DNA of 64,000 nt from NCBI RefSeq assembly GCF_004010195.1, contig NC_057753.1:630330-694329 (forward strand), in the 5' to 3' direction. Each line of letters opens with the position of its first letter. Positions within the stretch are counted from its first letter, which is position 1. A program made the position numbers and the translations under genes. Positions 39,189 through 53,284 of this stretch are shown here, piece by piece. This stretch comes from Chiloscyllium plagiosum. Lineage: Eukaryota. The notes under the pieces were generated by a model. That model saw nothing but the letters and a program-made list of their open reading frames with translations, ran no database searches and was not told the DNA's origin.

Positions 39189-41059
39189 TACTGCACTCTC
39201 CAACTTCATTCTTTCTGAAAAAAAAACCAGTCACGGTAACTGCAATTTAGGTTGGGAATTAGTGCATGCCTTGTTGCCGATGCCCTTATCCTCTGAACGA
39301 TTAAAAAAAAGGCCAGGAACTTGCTTCCAGGGAAAACTTATTATGAAGACAAATGCTCCATTTTCTATGAACTATGCAATTTGAAGATAGGTTCATGAGT
39401 GCAAGGAATGAGGGGCAGGTTTTTTCGACTAACCAAGAGACAATAAAGACAATTAATCATCTAGATATGATTTGCTCAACCACTGAATGTGTTCATTCTT
39501 TGTCTTCCCCAGTGAGCAGTGAAGGCTGGGCCGTACCTTTTTTGCATTAAGGAGGAAATCATGGTTTGGGAGAGCAGTCTGCAATTGGATTTAGGCTGGA
39601 ATCAAATGAGCCGTTGATTTATCACATGGTGGAACAGTTTCAAAGGACCAAATAGCCTACTGCTGCTCCTATTTCTTATTCCCTTATTTGGGATTACACA
39701 AATTCAGTCAGTTTGCTGATAAGGTTTCCCGGCAAGGCGGATGAAGGTATTAGTGTTGATCATGTGTACAAGGGAAAAGAGCAAGAATTACTGACTAGGC
39801 GTCTACGGACAATTGACGTTCACAAAATTAAGTATGCAGCACGAAATGTTTGCAAACTCCCCAATAACATACGAAGGAGACGGTTGTGTTGACGAATTGG
39901 TTCATTAAAAAAAAGGTGTAGAAAATATTCTTTTTTTACTCAGCTCTCGGGGCTCTTGCTCAATTTGATATAAATGCGCTGACTTGGATGTATCAGTAGA
40001 GGGCGCAGTTTATAGACAGGCCCAGTTGTCTCATTTTCGACTGTCAGCTGGAAGGACGAAAACGAGCTGGTATTCTTTTCATTCATTCAAGAGACAGTGA
40101 GAGTCACGAAGTAAGCAAATATTGTATTGCACATCCGCAGCTGAGATGGTGTCTATGATCCACTGCAGTCTCTGATCTTGGCAGGGACAGCCACAGTGCG
40201 AAAGTCAGTCAAAGACTGTACCCTTCAGGAATGAGCAACATTGCAGGAGCTGCGATATAACTCCAAGTCAAGACGGTGAGGGGCTTGGAAGTAACTTGAA
40301 TATAGATGTGTTCTCATGCATCTTCTGCCCCCATCATTAGAACTTGTAGAGGTCATTTGTAAACTGTATAGTTTTAAAATGTCTTAATGGGAAGGATGGA
40401 CACAAGAACATTACAGCAAAGCAAAGGTTTCGTACCCCAGTTGGCTGAATGCTTGGTTTCTGATGCAGAGAGAACAGTGTGGGTTCAATACCATTGGTAA
40501 CTTTGTGTTTACTGTCAGGGAGGATGCAATCGGGAATCTGAACGAAGAAAGAAAGAGGACTGAAAGGAAATATATTTGACACACATAAGTTGCACAACCA
40601 AGAAAGGTCGTATGTTATTTGAGAACAAGGGATGTGAGGTGAGATTTATGGAAATTCTGAACACAGTGTTTCAAGTCTAATGTTTTGAAGGAGCTTACAG
40701 AAGGGATGGCGGACCACAAATGTGAGCCTCTTATTTAGGATCGTGGAGGGGGCGTGCAGCAAACACCCGAATATCAGTAACGTCAACTGGAAGCGTTGTC
40801 ACAGGCCAAGTAAAGAACACTTGTACAGAGTATAGTTAAAAACCAACATTTGTTGTTGACTTGGTAATGACCGCATCTGAATTTCCAACGGCATTTGACC
40901 TTTTGCAAGGGCTGGAATCTCACAAAATCGGTTGGAATAGACCATTAACAGTAAAGTGTATTGTGGTATCATAGCTATAACCCTAACCCTATTGCTTTAT
41001 TGATACAAGATTTATTTTGTCCTGTTAAAAACACCGAGGACACCAATCATTTAAAGATA

Positions 41060-41895
41060 TGCAATCATAGAGTGGAAACAGACCCTTCAGTCCAGCTGTT
41101 ACATGCCAACAAGGGTTCCTGGACTGAACTGGTCTCATTTTCCTCCGTTTGGTCCATATCCCTTGAAAGCTTTGCTATCTATGTACCTGTCCAACTTCCG
41201 ATTACATGTTGCAACTGTATCTGCATATATCACTTCCGCTGGCAGCTCATTCTATAAATGCAACACCCTCTATGTGGAAAAGTTACCCCTCAGGTCAATT
41301 GTATATCTTTTTCCTCGCACCCTAAACTTTTGCCCTCTTGTTTTGGACTTCCGTACAGTGGGGAAAAGACCTTTGCTATTCAGACTTTAAATGCCACTCA
41401 TGCTTTTATGATGTGGATGAACTTGTGTTGGACTGGGGTGGACAACTTCAGAAGTCACACAACACCAAGTTACATCCCAACGGGGTTATTTAAAATCACC
41501 AGCTTTCAAAGCACTGCCCTTTCATCATATGTAGTGATGAAGAGACAGTGGTCTGGAAGGTTGTGATTACAAACAGACATGTCAAACTATAACAGGGCAT
41601 CATGTGACTTTTGACCATGACTTTATAAATCTTTTTAAGGTCACCCTTCAGCATCGTACACTCCAGGGAAGAACAGTCCGAGCTTATCGTGCCTCTCCTC
41701 ATAACTCAAGCCCTCCTGCCTCGGGAATATCCTAATAAATATTTTTTGCACTCCTACCATTTTAATGACACCTTTCCTGTCGGCCGACCTGAATTGTCTG
41801 CAGTTCGCCCAATGTGGTCTCACCAATTATGTATACATCCATAACGTGACCTCCCAAACTCATGTAATCAATGTTCTGACAGATGAAGGCAAATG
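41060..41895 (-). mobile_element. CR1 3' region containing a fold-back PLE insertion at 41410-41615
   Basis: GVQKIFIRIFPRQEGLSYEERHDKLGLF; the insertion is flanked by CATGCTTTTAT (41399-41409) and CATGACTTTAT (41616-41626). Confidence 0.75.
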
Positions 41896-41899
41896 TGAC

Positions 41900-42815
41900 T
41901 GCAGAAATAAGACAATAGAAAGTGGAGTTGCAGGTAGATAGGACAGTGAAGAAAGTATTTGCTATGCTTGCTGGTATTTGTCTTTCCATTGCATACTGAG
42001 TTGAGAGGTCATGTTGTAGCCGTTTAGAACAATGGCTAATCCAGTTTTTTTTTCGATTCGATTCGATTCCCTCCAGTGCACAAGCAGGACCTTCGGCCCA
42101 ACAAGTCCACACCGACCGTCCGCCAGGACCCATTCCCCACTCCCTACTAATGCACCTATCACTATGGGCAATTTAGCATGGTCAATTCACATGGTCTGTA
42201 TATCTTTGGACTGTGGGAGGAAACCGGACCACCCGGAGGAAACCCATGGGGAGAATGTGCAAACTCCACACAGACAGTACTGAAGGACGGTCCACAATTC
42301 TGGTCTCTCTGCTGTAGTAAGGGTGTCGTGAAAACTGAAAATGTTCACCAAAGGTTTTTAAGGATTTTGCTATGATTGGAGAGTTTGAGCTATAGGGAAA
42401 GTCTACATAAGCTGGGGATATTTTCCTTGGAACATTCGAGGCTGAGGGTGAAATTATAGCGGCTTAAAAAGTCATAAGGGTAAATGGACAAAGTATTTTC
42501 CCGAGTTAGGGAAGTCCAAAAAATCGAGGGCATACTTTGAAGGTCAGAAGGAAAAGATTTGAAAGGAGCAATTTGGGCAACATTTTCAATGAGAGGGCGG
42601 TGCATAAATGGAATGAACTGCCAGAGGAAGTGGTGGAGGCTGGCACAATTGCAACATTTTGAGGTCATCAGGGTGGGTATATGAATAAGAAGCGTTCAGA
42701 GGGATATGGGCTGAATGTTGACATATATCACTAGATTCATCTAGGATATCTGGTCAGCATAGACATGTTGACTGAAATGTCTGTTCCTGTGTTGTATACC
42801 TCTGTGACTCCATAG
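41900..42815 (+). mobile_element. CR1 3' region interrupted by a - strand HE1-type SINE (about 42053-42277)
   Basis: CR1 3' sequence ends ctctgtgactccatagctct; SINE core tgtgggaggaaaccgg...gtgcaaactccacacaga. Confidence 0.8.
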
Positions 42816-42945
42816 CTCTTACAGGAGCATTGTACCATGCAGAAATGTATTTTCGACCCTTTTCAATATTTACAATTTTTCATAACTGGCAATTTCAATA
42901 AAAGTGACCATATCAATGGCATGCTTTTTATACTAAAGGCTCTCC

Positions 42946-43121
42946 AATCCTTAAAAACCTTTGGTGAACATTTTCAGTTTTCACGACATCCTTACTACAG
43001 CAGAGAGACCAGAATTGTGGACTGTCCTTCAGTACTGTCTGTGTGGAGTTTGCACATTCTCCCCATGGGTTTCCTCCGGGTGGTCCGGTTTCCTCCCACA
43101 GTCCAAAGATATGCAGACCAT
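42946..43121 (-). repeat. 176-bp inverted copy of 42191-42366
   Basis: Three mismatches counted by eye; spans a SINE/CR1 junction. Confidence 0.9.
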
Positions 43122-43509
43122 AAAGCAGATCTCAAGTTGATTCAATGACTTTTGAGGAATGACCATGTCTTCATGGTGTATTTTTCTCAGTTCCCCTTTT
43201 AACGACACCAAAGGTTAGAGCATTTAATGTTTTAGTTGGAGCATTTAAAAGTCTCTTATCCCTTCACAGATTTGTTTCTGAAACCTCGAGGTTCATATTC
43301 TTTGAAATTAATCTGCAAAATATTGGCAAAAGAAACAAAAAGCATTTCCTGCATTTGACAGAGCTATGCTTGTATGTTTTCTTGAGTTTGCTCTCGTTAA
43401 GCACACACTTTCTTTCGAATATGTCAACCGTGATGTCGGTACGCTGCATATTTTGACATCTTCTCTTCACTGTTCACTTCCTTCAACAGACTTCACGTTC
43501 ATAATGTGA

Positions 43510-44080
43510 AACCTGAAGCAGAAGTAGGCCATTCAGTCTATTGAATCTGTTCCGCTATTCAATGAGATTATGGCTGATCTGATAAACCTGGACTTCACTG
43601 ACCTGACTTCTCCCTTTACCTATTGCTTCATTTACCGAGTAAAATTCTATCCATCACTGCTTTGAATATGTTAAATAACCCAGCACCGACTGCCCTCTAT
43701 GATAAGGAATTCCACAGATTCACAATCTTCTTGTAGAACAAATACTTCTCGACATCTCCGTTAAATAGGTAAATGCTTACACTGATTGTGTCCTGTGGTC
43801 CTCGACACTCCCACATGGGGAAACAACCTCTCCAAATCTCCTGCGGATTACAATTGGTTTGATAAGATCGCCTCTCATTCTTCTCAACCACAATATGGAA
43901 AGACTCAATCTTTTCATTATAGTTATTAAAAGAAAACTCTTCATAACCGAAATTAGCCCAATGAAATTTCTCTGGACTCTAACCAATGTCAAAACACCTT
44001 CGACAGATAAGGAGACCAAAAGCTGTTCACGGTTTTCCAGCTGTAATTTGATTGTTGCCTTCTATAGTTTTAGAAGGCCT
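43510..44080 (-). mobile_element. CR1 3' region, degenerate
   Basis: LVRVQRNFIGLI...LRRMRGDLIK; 3' UTR gtaggccattc. Confidence 0.7.
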
Positions 44081-45244
44081 CCTTCCACAGCTCATAAGGA
44101 AGATGATCAAATATGTGAAATAATTCGCAGGTGTCGATACATTTAAAGTGAGGCAGGTTTTGCCCCCAATTTACATAGTGACCTACTTATGGAAAGAAGA
44201 ATTGTGAAGTTAGTCATTCACCACGCCTTACTTAAAAATAACGACAAACTAATTATAATGTATGCCGTCATTATTTCAGCTGGATTCCAGATAATGTGAG
44301 AGCAATTTTTCTTTATATCAAGTTCACAATTGACCAACTTGTGGGTCAGTGATCTCGACCAAAACTGGAGTGACTGAGAATCAGGTGAAAAATCTATGTT
44401 GTTTCACGCCATTCCTGGCAAATGGAAAATGTTTGGAGTTGTTGGAGATCAGTAATCTCTGATCTCTGCTGAATTTCTTCAGGGGAATCATCTTAGCTGA
44501 ACTATCTTCATACGTTCCATTAATGACCTCCCCTATACCATAATGTCAGGAGCAGGGAAGTTCACTGATGATTGTACAACGTTGAGTACCATTCATGACT
44601 CTTCAAATGCTGAAACAGTCCATGTCTAAGTGTTCCACAATCTGGATTCATAGCACGTTTTGAATTGACAATTGTCAGCGAAAATCCCTGCCACTCTAAT
44701 ACCAGGCATTGATTATCTCCAATAACATTGCCCGGAGATATTCAGTGATGTTAGTTTTACAGTATCACCCAGTGTTGACAACCTGCTTGTCATCATTGAC
44801 CAGAACCTGAAACTATTGTAGTCATGTAAGTACAGTCTCAAAAACAACTGTTCAGAGGCCAGAAATCTGATTCACTAACCATAGGATCGGGCGTTGCCTC
44901 CTTGAATGGAATGATATTATGATTGGCTGCAGAATTCCTTCTCGGGAAGATGGCACTGACAGATGTCACTGTCCGCATTGATACCAACAACAGAGGCAGA
45001 TAGAAGAATGGAGAAGAAAGATTTCAACTAGTTAAGAATTAAATTGAAAAACAGATTCTCAAAGGCAGTAATCTTAGGATTTCTATCTGCCATGTATCAG
45101 TGTGCATAAGAGCAGAAGGATGTTGAAAACATCTTTGAAGAGCGGGTGTAGGAAAAGGTGCATTGAATGTCTGAGGAATCAGAATTAATTCTGCAACAGG
45201 TTGGCTCAGTGGTATCTGAACGTGCTACATCTTCACTGGTCAGT

Positions 45245-45447
45245 CTTCTCAGATGCTGGAGATCAGGATCGAGAAGTGTGGTGCTGGCAAAGCACAGCCA
45301 GTCTGGCAACCTAAGAGAAGCAGGAGAGTCTATTATTCGAATATGAGCACTTAATCAGATGAAGAGCTCATCCTCGAAACGTCAACTCTCCTGTTCCTCG
45401 AATTCTGCCTGACCGGCTGCGCTTTTGCATCACCACACTTTCTGACT
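45245..45447. mobile_element. Old fold-back PLE terminus
   Basis: Diverged inverted arms around gatgaagagctcatcctcgaaacgtc. Confidence 0.65.
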
Positions 45448-46870
45448 ATTTAGACACGAATATGTTTATACAACGCAATTATATTACACAGACACAAGTA
45501 TGTGATATATATGTATATACATTTCTATCTGCATTTATGTATATATTGAAATATATCTCCTCACTTCTGTCTACTTCAGACCCTGTTTGGTCGGTCCCTT
45601 AAATTCATTGACTTTTTTCTTCTGAAATAGAGTCATCGAGGCCTACAGCACAGTTAAAGTCTAGTCCCTCCATCTTGGGGCTAATTGTGGTTTATCCATC
45701 ATTGCTGTCCCTCAACTGCTGTAACATGTTGTCAGCGGTAAGGTTTCAAAAATTCACACAGTGCTCCATATAACAAAGCTGCTTTACAAATTAAACAACA
45801 CTTCACTACTCCTGCGATGAAAGCTAAAATTCTATCAACCTTTTAATTGCTTGTTGCATGCAGATGTTAGCCTTCAGTGCATAATTGAGAAGGGCACCCA
45901 AAGCCTTTTGTTCCTCTTTATTTTCCAACCTTTCATAATTTGGCAACTATTATGCACACCGTTTCTTTCCACAATAGTGGGTAATGTCTCATTTTGCCAG
46001 GATATTTTCAATCTGCCATGACCTGATCATTGCTTTAACATGAATTACCATAAACTCGTGGGCGATTTTACTTCATGCCTCCGGGAAACAAATCAAATGC
46101 ATTGTGTGTGTATTAATATTCTTTTGACCTTTTCTGGATATTTTATTTTTTATCTCTGTGACATTCTCGGTTTCATGTTCTTTAAGCCTTCAGAAATAAA
46201 AAAAATCCCCTGACATTGTCAATTTGATATGTAACATTCCAGGAAAAGAAAACTTCCTTCATGTTTCATAGGGGTGTTGTTTTGATCAGCCATTTCAGGC
46301 CATCTGCATCTTCCTGGAGATATCAACCGTGATATCGATAATTTGCACCTTTCATTTTTTCCTGTACGCTGTCTTTCTCAGTCTACCCATTCCAATTTTA
46401 CATGGTTGAGCACAATCTTGACCAGACACAGCTATTTTAATAAAGAGTGTGGAACCTGCTTTACGCTGACAGGTTCGCTCCTAATTTTCAATTTCTTTCC
46501 TTTTGAAATTTTAAGAAACAATATTCAGTAAGTATAGATGCCTCAAAAGTACGATTGCCTGATGCAGATGCGTACTTCCATCAGTGCATTTGAATTATCA
46601 TTCTTTGATCAATAGCGCGGAACAGCTGTTAATCTATCGATAATGTTTGCATTTTTAAAGACAGGCAACTATTGAGAATCTGCATTTTATCATGCAAACC
46701 TTGCAAAACATCTTCAAGCTTCCTGACTGCAGAATACTGATCAGTTTCTGCGGGAACTTGGATCAGCACTTGGATTAGCCATCTGCAAAGTTTGTGTAAA
46801 TTGTAATTTGTCTGCATAATGCAAGTCATTGTGTTGATTAACATTTGATATTTAACTTTAATGTTTTTTT

Positions 46871-47175
46871 TAGATTACTTACAGTGTGGAAACAGGCCCT
46901 TCGGCCCAGCAAGTCCACACCGATCCGCAACCCACCCAGACCCATTCCCCTACATTTACCCCTTCATCTAACTCTACGGGCAATTTAACTTGGCCAATTC
47001 AACTGACCTGCACATTTTTGGAATGTGGGAGGAAACCGGAGCACCCGGAGTAAATCCACGCAGACACGGGGAGAACGTGCAAGCTCCACACAGAGAGTCG
47101 CCTGAGGCGGGAATTGAACCCGGGTCTCTGGCGCTGTGAGGCAGCAGTGCTAACCACTGTGCCACCGTGCCGCCC
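46871..47175 (-). mobile_element. Full-length HE1-type V-SINE (tRNA-derived head)
   Basis: Minus strand: box A TGGCACAGTGG, box B GGTTCAATTCC, V-domain GTGTGGAGCTTGCACGTTCTCCCCGTGTCTGCGTGG...CCGGTTTCCTCCCACA, CR1-like 3' tail. Confidence 0.92.
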
Positions 47176-48405
47176 ACATGCTGTGACATGTCATTTATTT
47201 CTAATACTTTTAGGAATTTGTCAAGATTAATTTGCATTGCCATAATTCGCTCAAAGTTGATGAGTGCACACTTACACAGTTACTGAATGATGTCGATTTT
47301 GGTTGAACTCCAAAACTGGTCACGGATTTTTTTTTCGTTTTGAAAGTCTGTTTTACGGGAAAACATAGTAGAACTGAGATGTCTATCAAGCATATTTCTA
47401 ACGCGTCTCTTAATTTACTTGATGTCAACGATCAATTGCTTTGAGAGCAATATCTGTTTGAGTCACTAAGATGCTATCTGAAATAATGGAATACGTTGCA
47501 ACTTGGCTTCTCAAGTCTATCTGCAGCAAATAACTGTTAACCAGATTGCAATTGACTTAAAATGAACACAGCGCGAGGGTCAGAATATAAAACAACTTCG
47601 TGGCATCAAGAAATATTTCAAAGTAGCGGATACAGCAAAGGCTACTGTTACTGCCAATGTCCATACAGTAGATACAAATTAAAATGCTCCATACCTTTCT
47701 AGTACAAGCCCTTCCCGTACAACTGAAATGCTGTCAACTTCCAGCAACACAAAACCCTTCTTAGATGCAAGCTGTCTAGGAATACAGGGCAAAAGCCAAA
47801 ACAAAAACATAGCACCACCGTTGAAAAAAGAGGGCAATCTCAGCGATACTGCAATTAACAATAGTCTGCTCTCAGCTTGCAATTTCATTACAATTGTACC
47901 TCAAATATGAAACATCGATTTCAGTTTCTAGTTTTGGACAACTCCCAGGATTGTTGGTGATGGAGGAATTCAGTGATTGTAATGCTATCAGGTGGTGATA
48001 GCAAGATCCTTTCTTGTTGCAGATGGTTATTGGCTGACCATGTGAGGTGCTAATATTTGCCATTTTTGAGCCGAACCCTGGGCATTATCCAGGTTCTGCT
48101 GCATTGGGCCACATATTCCTTCAGTGTCTGAGGAGTTGTGAATGATGCTGAATATAGTGTCTTCTTCAGCGAACATCACACTTCTGATCTGAAGATGATT
48201 AATGAAGAAGCTGAAGGTGGTTCAATATATGACGTTGAGTAATTCCAGCAGAGATTTTCTGGAACTGAAGCATCTGATTTCCAATTGCCACAGCCATCCT
48301 ACCTTGTCATCAGTATGACTCGAGCCAGTGAAGAGTTTTGATTCCATCTGATTTCAGTTTTGTGACGGCTTCTTCATTCTACACGCGATCAAACGTGGCC
48401 TTGAA

Positions 48406-49140
48406 ATGAATTGAATTCAATTCAATTTATTGTCACGTATACTGAGGCACAGTGAAATGCTTTGCCTTGGGAGCAATGCAGGAATATCACAGAGTTAAGT
48501 AACATAGATAGTAAATAATACGTAAAACGTTATGGCGAATGCTAAGAGTTTGTGAGTCCATTCAATATCCTAACAACAGTAGGGTAGAAACTGTTACGAA
48601 ACCGGCTGGTGCGTGCGTTCAGGCTTCTGTACCTTGTCCTCGATAGTAGACGTTGTAGAAAAAACATTGCCAGGGTGGGATGGATCCTTAGGAATGCTGG
48701 TGGCCTCCCCTTGACAGCGGGCCTGGTGGATGGATTCTATGCTTGGGAGGTTAGCCTTTGTAATTATCCATGCCGAGTTCACCACTGTTTGTAGCCATCT
48801 CCATTCTTGAATGTTTCGGTTGCCATACCATGTCGTGATACATCCAGACAGAATGCTCTCCACGGTGCAGCTATAAACTTTGGCAAGGGTATTCGTTGTC
48901 ATGACAAATTTGCTCAGCTGCCTGTTGAAGAAGAAGCTTTGTTGGGCCTTTGTAACCATTGCAGCCACAAGAAATCCAATTCCCGGGAACTTGACACTCT
49001 CCTCTCGTTCCACCTCTGTACTGTTAATGTGTAGGGGGGCATGAGTAACATCCGCCAAAAGTCAATAATGAGTTCCTTGGTTTTGCGGTCATTGAGAGCT
49101 CGGTTGTTCTCAGTGCACCATTTTTCCAGGTCTTCCACCG
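48406..49140 (-). mobile_element. Rex1/Babar LINE 3' portion, inserted into an older CR1/L2-group LINE (about 47930-49700)
   Basis: LEKWCTENNRALN..KTKELIIDF, KAQQ...VESILSGCITTWYGN and KDPSHPG are Rex1-type motifs; aataaa followed by a (TTGAA)n tail. Confidence 0.85.
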
Positions 49141-51049
49141 TCTGAGATTCGGCCGGAAGGATTGACGCTTTTGCTTTACCTCTGGAATTCAGCTCACTTG
49201 TCCATATTTGAACTAAGACTGCATTGACGTCAAGATATCAAGATCTAAGCAGCCTTGGCACAAGTCATACTTACTGCAAAGCAATTGGTTCTTTTTAACA
49301 CTTGACGAGCCGTATCATCACTTTTCCAGTGATCGAGATTATAATGATTGGGTAATAATTGTTTGGAGTGGAAAAGGAAAGAGTGAGGCCATTTTCATCA
49401 TTGCTGTTTAGATAGCATTATTGCTGCTTTACCAGAACAACTAGGCTCATGGGACAGCAGGTTTTGCAAAACAAGTATTGAGTACATTTGGAGGAACTTT
49501 GTAAGTCCTCATTGAACTGTTCGGAGCCTCCAAATACTTGATGGTATGAGCAAGAATGAATCGAAACTGTAGACTGACATCTTTGAATTCTGGGGCCTCT
49601 GCAGGAGTGGAAACTTAAGAACAAAGCTGACCACCTCTCAATTGCAACAAGGAATGGGCAGTAAGTGCTAGCTCAACCATGTTATACATATCCCACAAAT
49701 TAAACAATTTAAAAGTTAGCAGGATTACAATTTTCAATGCACATATTTACTTTGACAGGAAGAGACTGGTTGTGCTAGGGATGAGAATAAATCACAATTT
49801 TCCTTCCAACCTTGATATAATACCGTGTTCTCTCACGCATTTTAAGAAGCCGCAATGGAACCTTCTGACAGAAATCTGGGATTTTATTCTGATTGTATGA
49901 AGTGATTCAAGAAGATGTCTGTCCGTTATATTCTCAGGAGTAATTTGGAACTGTAACCAAAACAGGTCGAAACATTCTCGTCTCTTTTGCAAATGTTGAG
50001 TTCAAATATGAATTTTAAAAAAAGTGTATTACTCGATCTAAAAGACGTTACGTAGCCCATGGGTAACTCATGATAACTGAGGTGCATTCCCCCCATTAGG
50101 TATTGTTTTGTGGCAAATTCTCAGTTATTATAAATTGAAAAGATTTGTCTGGACGGTAACTGGTGTAAGGAACATTAGGTATTGATTTTACGGGAACGGG
50201 AGGTTAAAGGCAATAAGAGATAAGAAACGAGCTAGTTCCTTCTTTTAGTTCCCTTATGATACCGAAATATTGGGCCATTTGTGGCATCGGGGCGAACCCG
50301 ACTGTATATTGCGGTGAACACTGCAATTATTGATTGGCTGAACTGCAGTCAGCGTTTATGTTTCGAAAAGTTAAACATTTGAAACTGTGTTCATGCATCT
50401 GGTGGACTGCAGTTGTTTGGTTTGTTTAATTGCGGTCTCACATAAAATATATCAAGTCGTGTGCATGAAGTAATGACGGTCATTAAATCTACAACAGAAC
50501 TTACATTTATATAAGTGTTTCCATGTCTCGTGCCGACTACAGAGCTTCACAAACAACGAGTATTCTTGTAGGCATTGCAGTGAAAGATATATAGTAGATA
50601 CATTGTTTTAGTCTCGACAACTAATTCTAAATATTATTTCCTGATACATTTGTTCATGTATTCAATGTTTAATATTGTTCCAGCACCACTCAGAATTGCT
50701 ATTGCATTCAAAATTGCTCCATTCTGGCATTATTAGGAATTCTAAACGTTACTATCAAACAATCAAAACAATCTGGTCAGGATTGGTTCACGAACACCGA
50801 GCTGCCATGGATTCTGAATAGAGACTGATTTACGGGCATTCTGGCGAAAATGTGACATTTCTGCTTCAAGGTTTTTGTGGATTAATGCAACAGTAGGGTT
50901 AGTGTGCTTAGTATGTGTGTGCTTAGTAAGTGTATGAATAAGTTCTGATAGAAGATATAGGAAAATTAGAGCAGGATTAAGAACCCCCATCTGACTGTAT
51001 TTACAATATTGTAAAAAACTCTGCAAAATGTGTTAATATTAAACCATAC

Positions 51050-53260
51050 TACGTAAAGAAGTGGGGGGTCAATAAGTTCATTTAGCATACTCAAACTGCT
51101 CCGTCATTCGAACATTGTTGACAGGCCCCTCAACCCCATTCTTTTGCCTTTGCTCCGTAAGCCTTCATGCCCTTCCTAATCTAGAACCTAAATCTGTCTT
51201 AAATACACTTAATGATTTAGACTCCACAGACTTTTGTGGCAAGGAGTTTCACACTTTTACTGAAGAAATTCCTCTCCATCTAAATTTTAAAGGACCGTCC
51301 TTTCATTCTGAGGCTGTGCCCTCTGGTTGAAGTCTGTTCTGCCAGTGAATTTTTTTTTCTGCGCACCCACTATATACAGGTCTCTCAGTATTCTGTAAGA
51401 TTCAATGACACTCCAACCTTATCTTGCTAAACTGCATTGAGCACAAAGGTAGAATCTTCAACTGCTCTTTATTAGATAAGCCCGGTATCCAGTGTACAGT
51501 CACTGTGTATCCCCTCCAATGCCACACGTCCTTTGTTAGACAGGAGACCAAAACTGCTCACAATAATCCAAATGTGCTCCTGATGGAACCTTATATAGTC
51601 TCAATAGTAAATCACCGTGCTTGCAGTGTAGCACTCTTGATGTGAATGATAAACCTGCATGTGCTTTTCTAAAGGCCACCTGCACCTGCATATTAAACCT
51701 TAAGAGAATCCTGAAGTTGGATTCCCAACTCCCGTCATGCTTCAAGTTTCAGAAGTCCTTCCTCATTTCGGAAGAGTTTCTCACCTTTATCCTTCCAATC
51801 AAAATTCATAACCTTACATTTACCCACATGATATTCCACCCACCACGTCTTTGCTAATCCCCCAGACTGTCCAAATCTTTCAGCACAATCCGCTTCCTCA
51901 GCATTACTTGTCCCTCATTTCATCATTGTGTCATCTGCCAACTTGACATCAATGCCCTCAGTTTCTTCGTTCAGATCGTTTATGAATAAAGCAAATCGTG
52001 CTCCCAACACTGACCTTGCAGAATTCCAGTAGTCACTAGCTACCATCCTGAAAATGACGTCTTTATCCCCACATATTGCCTTCTGCCAGTGAGCCAATTC
52101 TCAAGTTATGTCATTGAGATGTGCCAAACACCTTGATTCTTATCTCATTTAGCAGCCCCTTGTACTTGTTAAAATCATACTGGAAATCCAAATAGATCAT
52201 ATCCATTGGCTCTCCTTTGTCTTACTTCCTGGCTGTTTCCTCAAATACTTCTACCAGATTTGTGAGGCATGACTCCCCTTTGACGAAGGTATGCTGAATC
52301 AAATCTGTTTTACCAATCACATACAAGCTTTCTGAAATATCATCTTGAATAATGGAATCTAAGATCTTAACAACGACCCAGGTCAGGCTAACTAGCCTAA
52401 ATGTCCAGTCTTCTGACACCCTCCCTTCTTAAACAGCGGTTTTACATTAGCCATTTTCCAATCCTCTGGGATCCTCCCCAACTCCAGTTATTCCTAAAAA
52501 ATGCGCCACCACTGCCTTCATGATATCTTCAGTTATCTTCCCCAGAACTCAGTATTTACGTCAATCTGGTTAGGGCTATTTATCCATCTTCAGAACTTTC
52601 AGCTTCCCCAGCACTTTCTCCTTAGCCATGGACTCCTTCCCCAGCTCATTGACTTTTTGAATGTTTGCAACGTTACTTTAGTCTTCCATTGTGAAGGCTG
52701 ATGGAAAGTACCCATTCATTTCGTCCACAATTTGTTGGTTCATAATATCTCCTTCTCCAGTCTCATTTCTTTGTGGCCCAATGTCCATTCTTGCCTCTCT
52801 CTCACCTTTTGTATATCGAAACAAATTTCTTGTCATCTTTTGTAATAAAGCTAGCTTTTTTCTGACAAATCACCTTTTTAAAAATCAACTGCCTCTTGCC
52901 GCTTTTAGAGATTTTCTAATCTTTCTTTTCCCACTCACCATCACTCGCCATCATTTTCTTCTGCTGTCTCTGATTTCCCTTGTCAGCTATGATTGCATCA
53001 TCCTCACCTGAATATATTTCTTCCTCCTTGGAATGAATTTCTATTGTGCCTTCCGAATTGCCTCAGAAACACCTGACGTTGCTCTTTGGCATCTTTCTGC
53101 AAACCCTCCCTCCGAATAACAGTCTGGCCAGCCTCCACACCCCCGTGTATTTTTCGTTACTTCTGATGAGTTAAATGTCATGATCTGTTTTAAGCTTCCT
53201 ACTCTCAAACTGCAGGCTGAATTATATCACATCATGTTTATTGCCGCCGAGTAGTTCGTT
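51050..53260 (-). mobile_element. CR1 ORF2 (RT to 3' UTR), degenerate
   Basis: RLVSLTWVVVKILDSII, QHTFVKGESCLTNLVEVFEE, FINDLNE...KLADDT. Confidence 0.8.
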
Positions 53261-53284
53261 TATTCATTACCACAGGAAGGAGGT

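Noticed and set aside
47100-47175. tRNA gene
   Set aside because: The tRNA-like head is continuous with a SINE body and tail.
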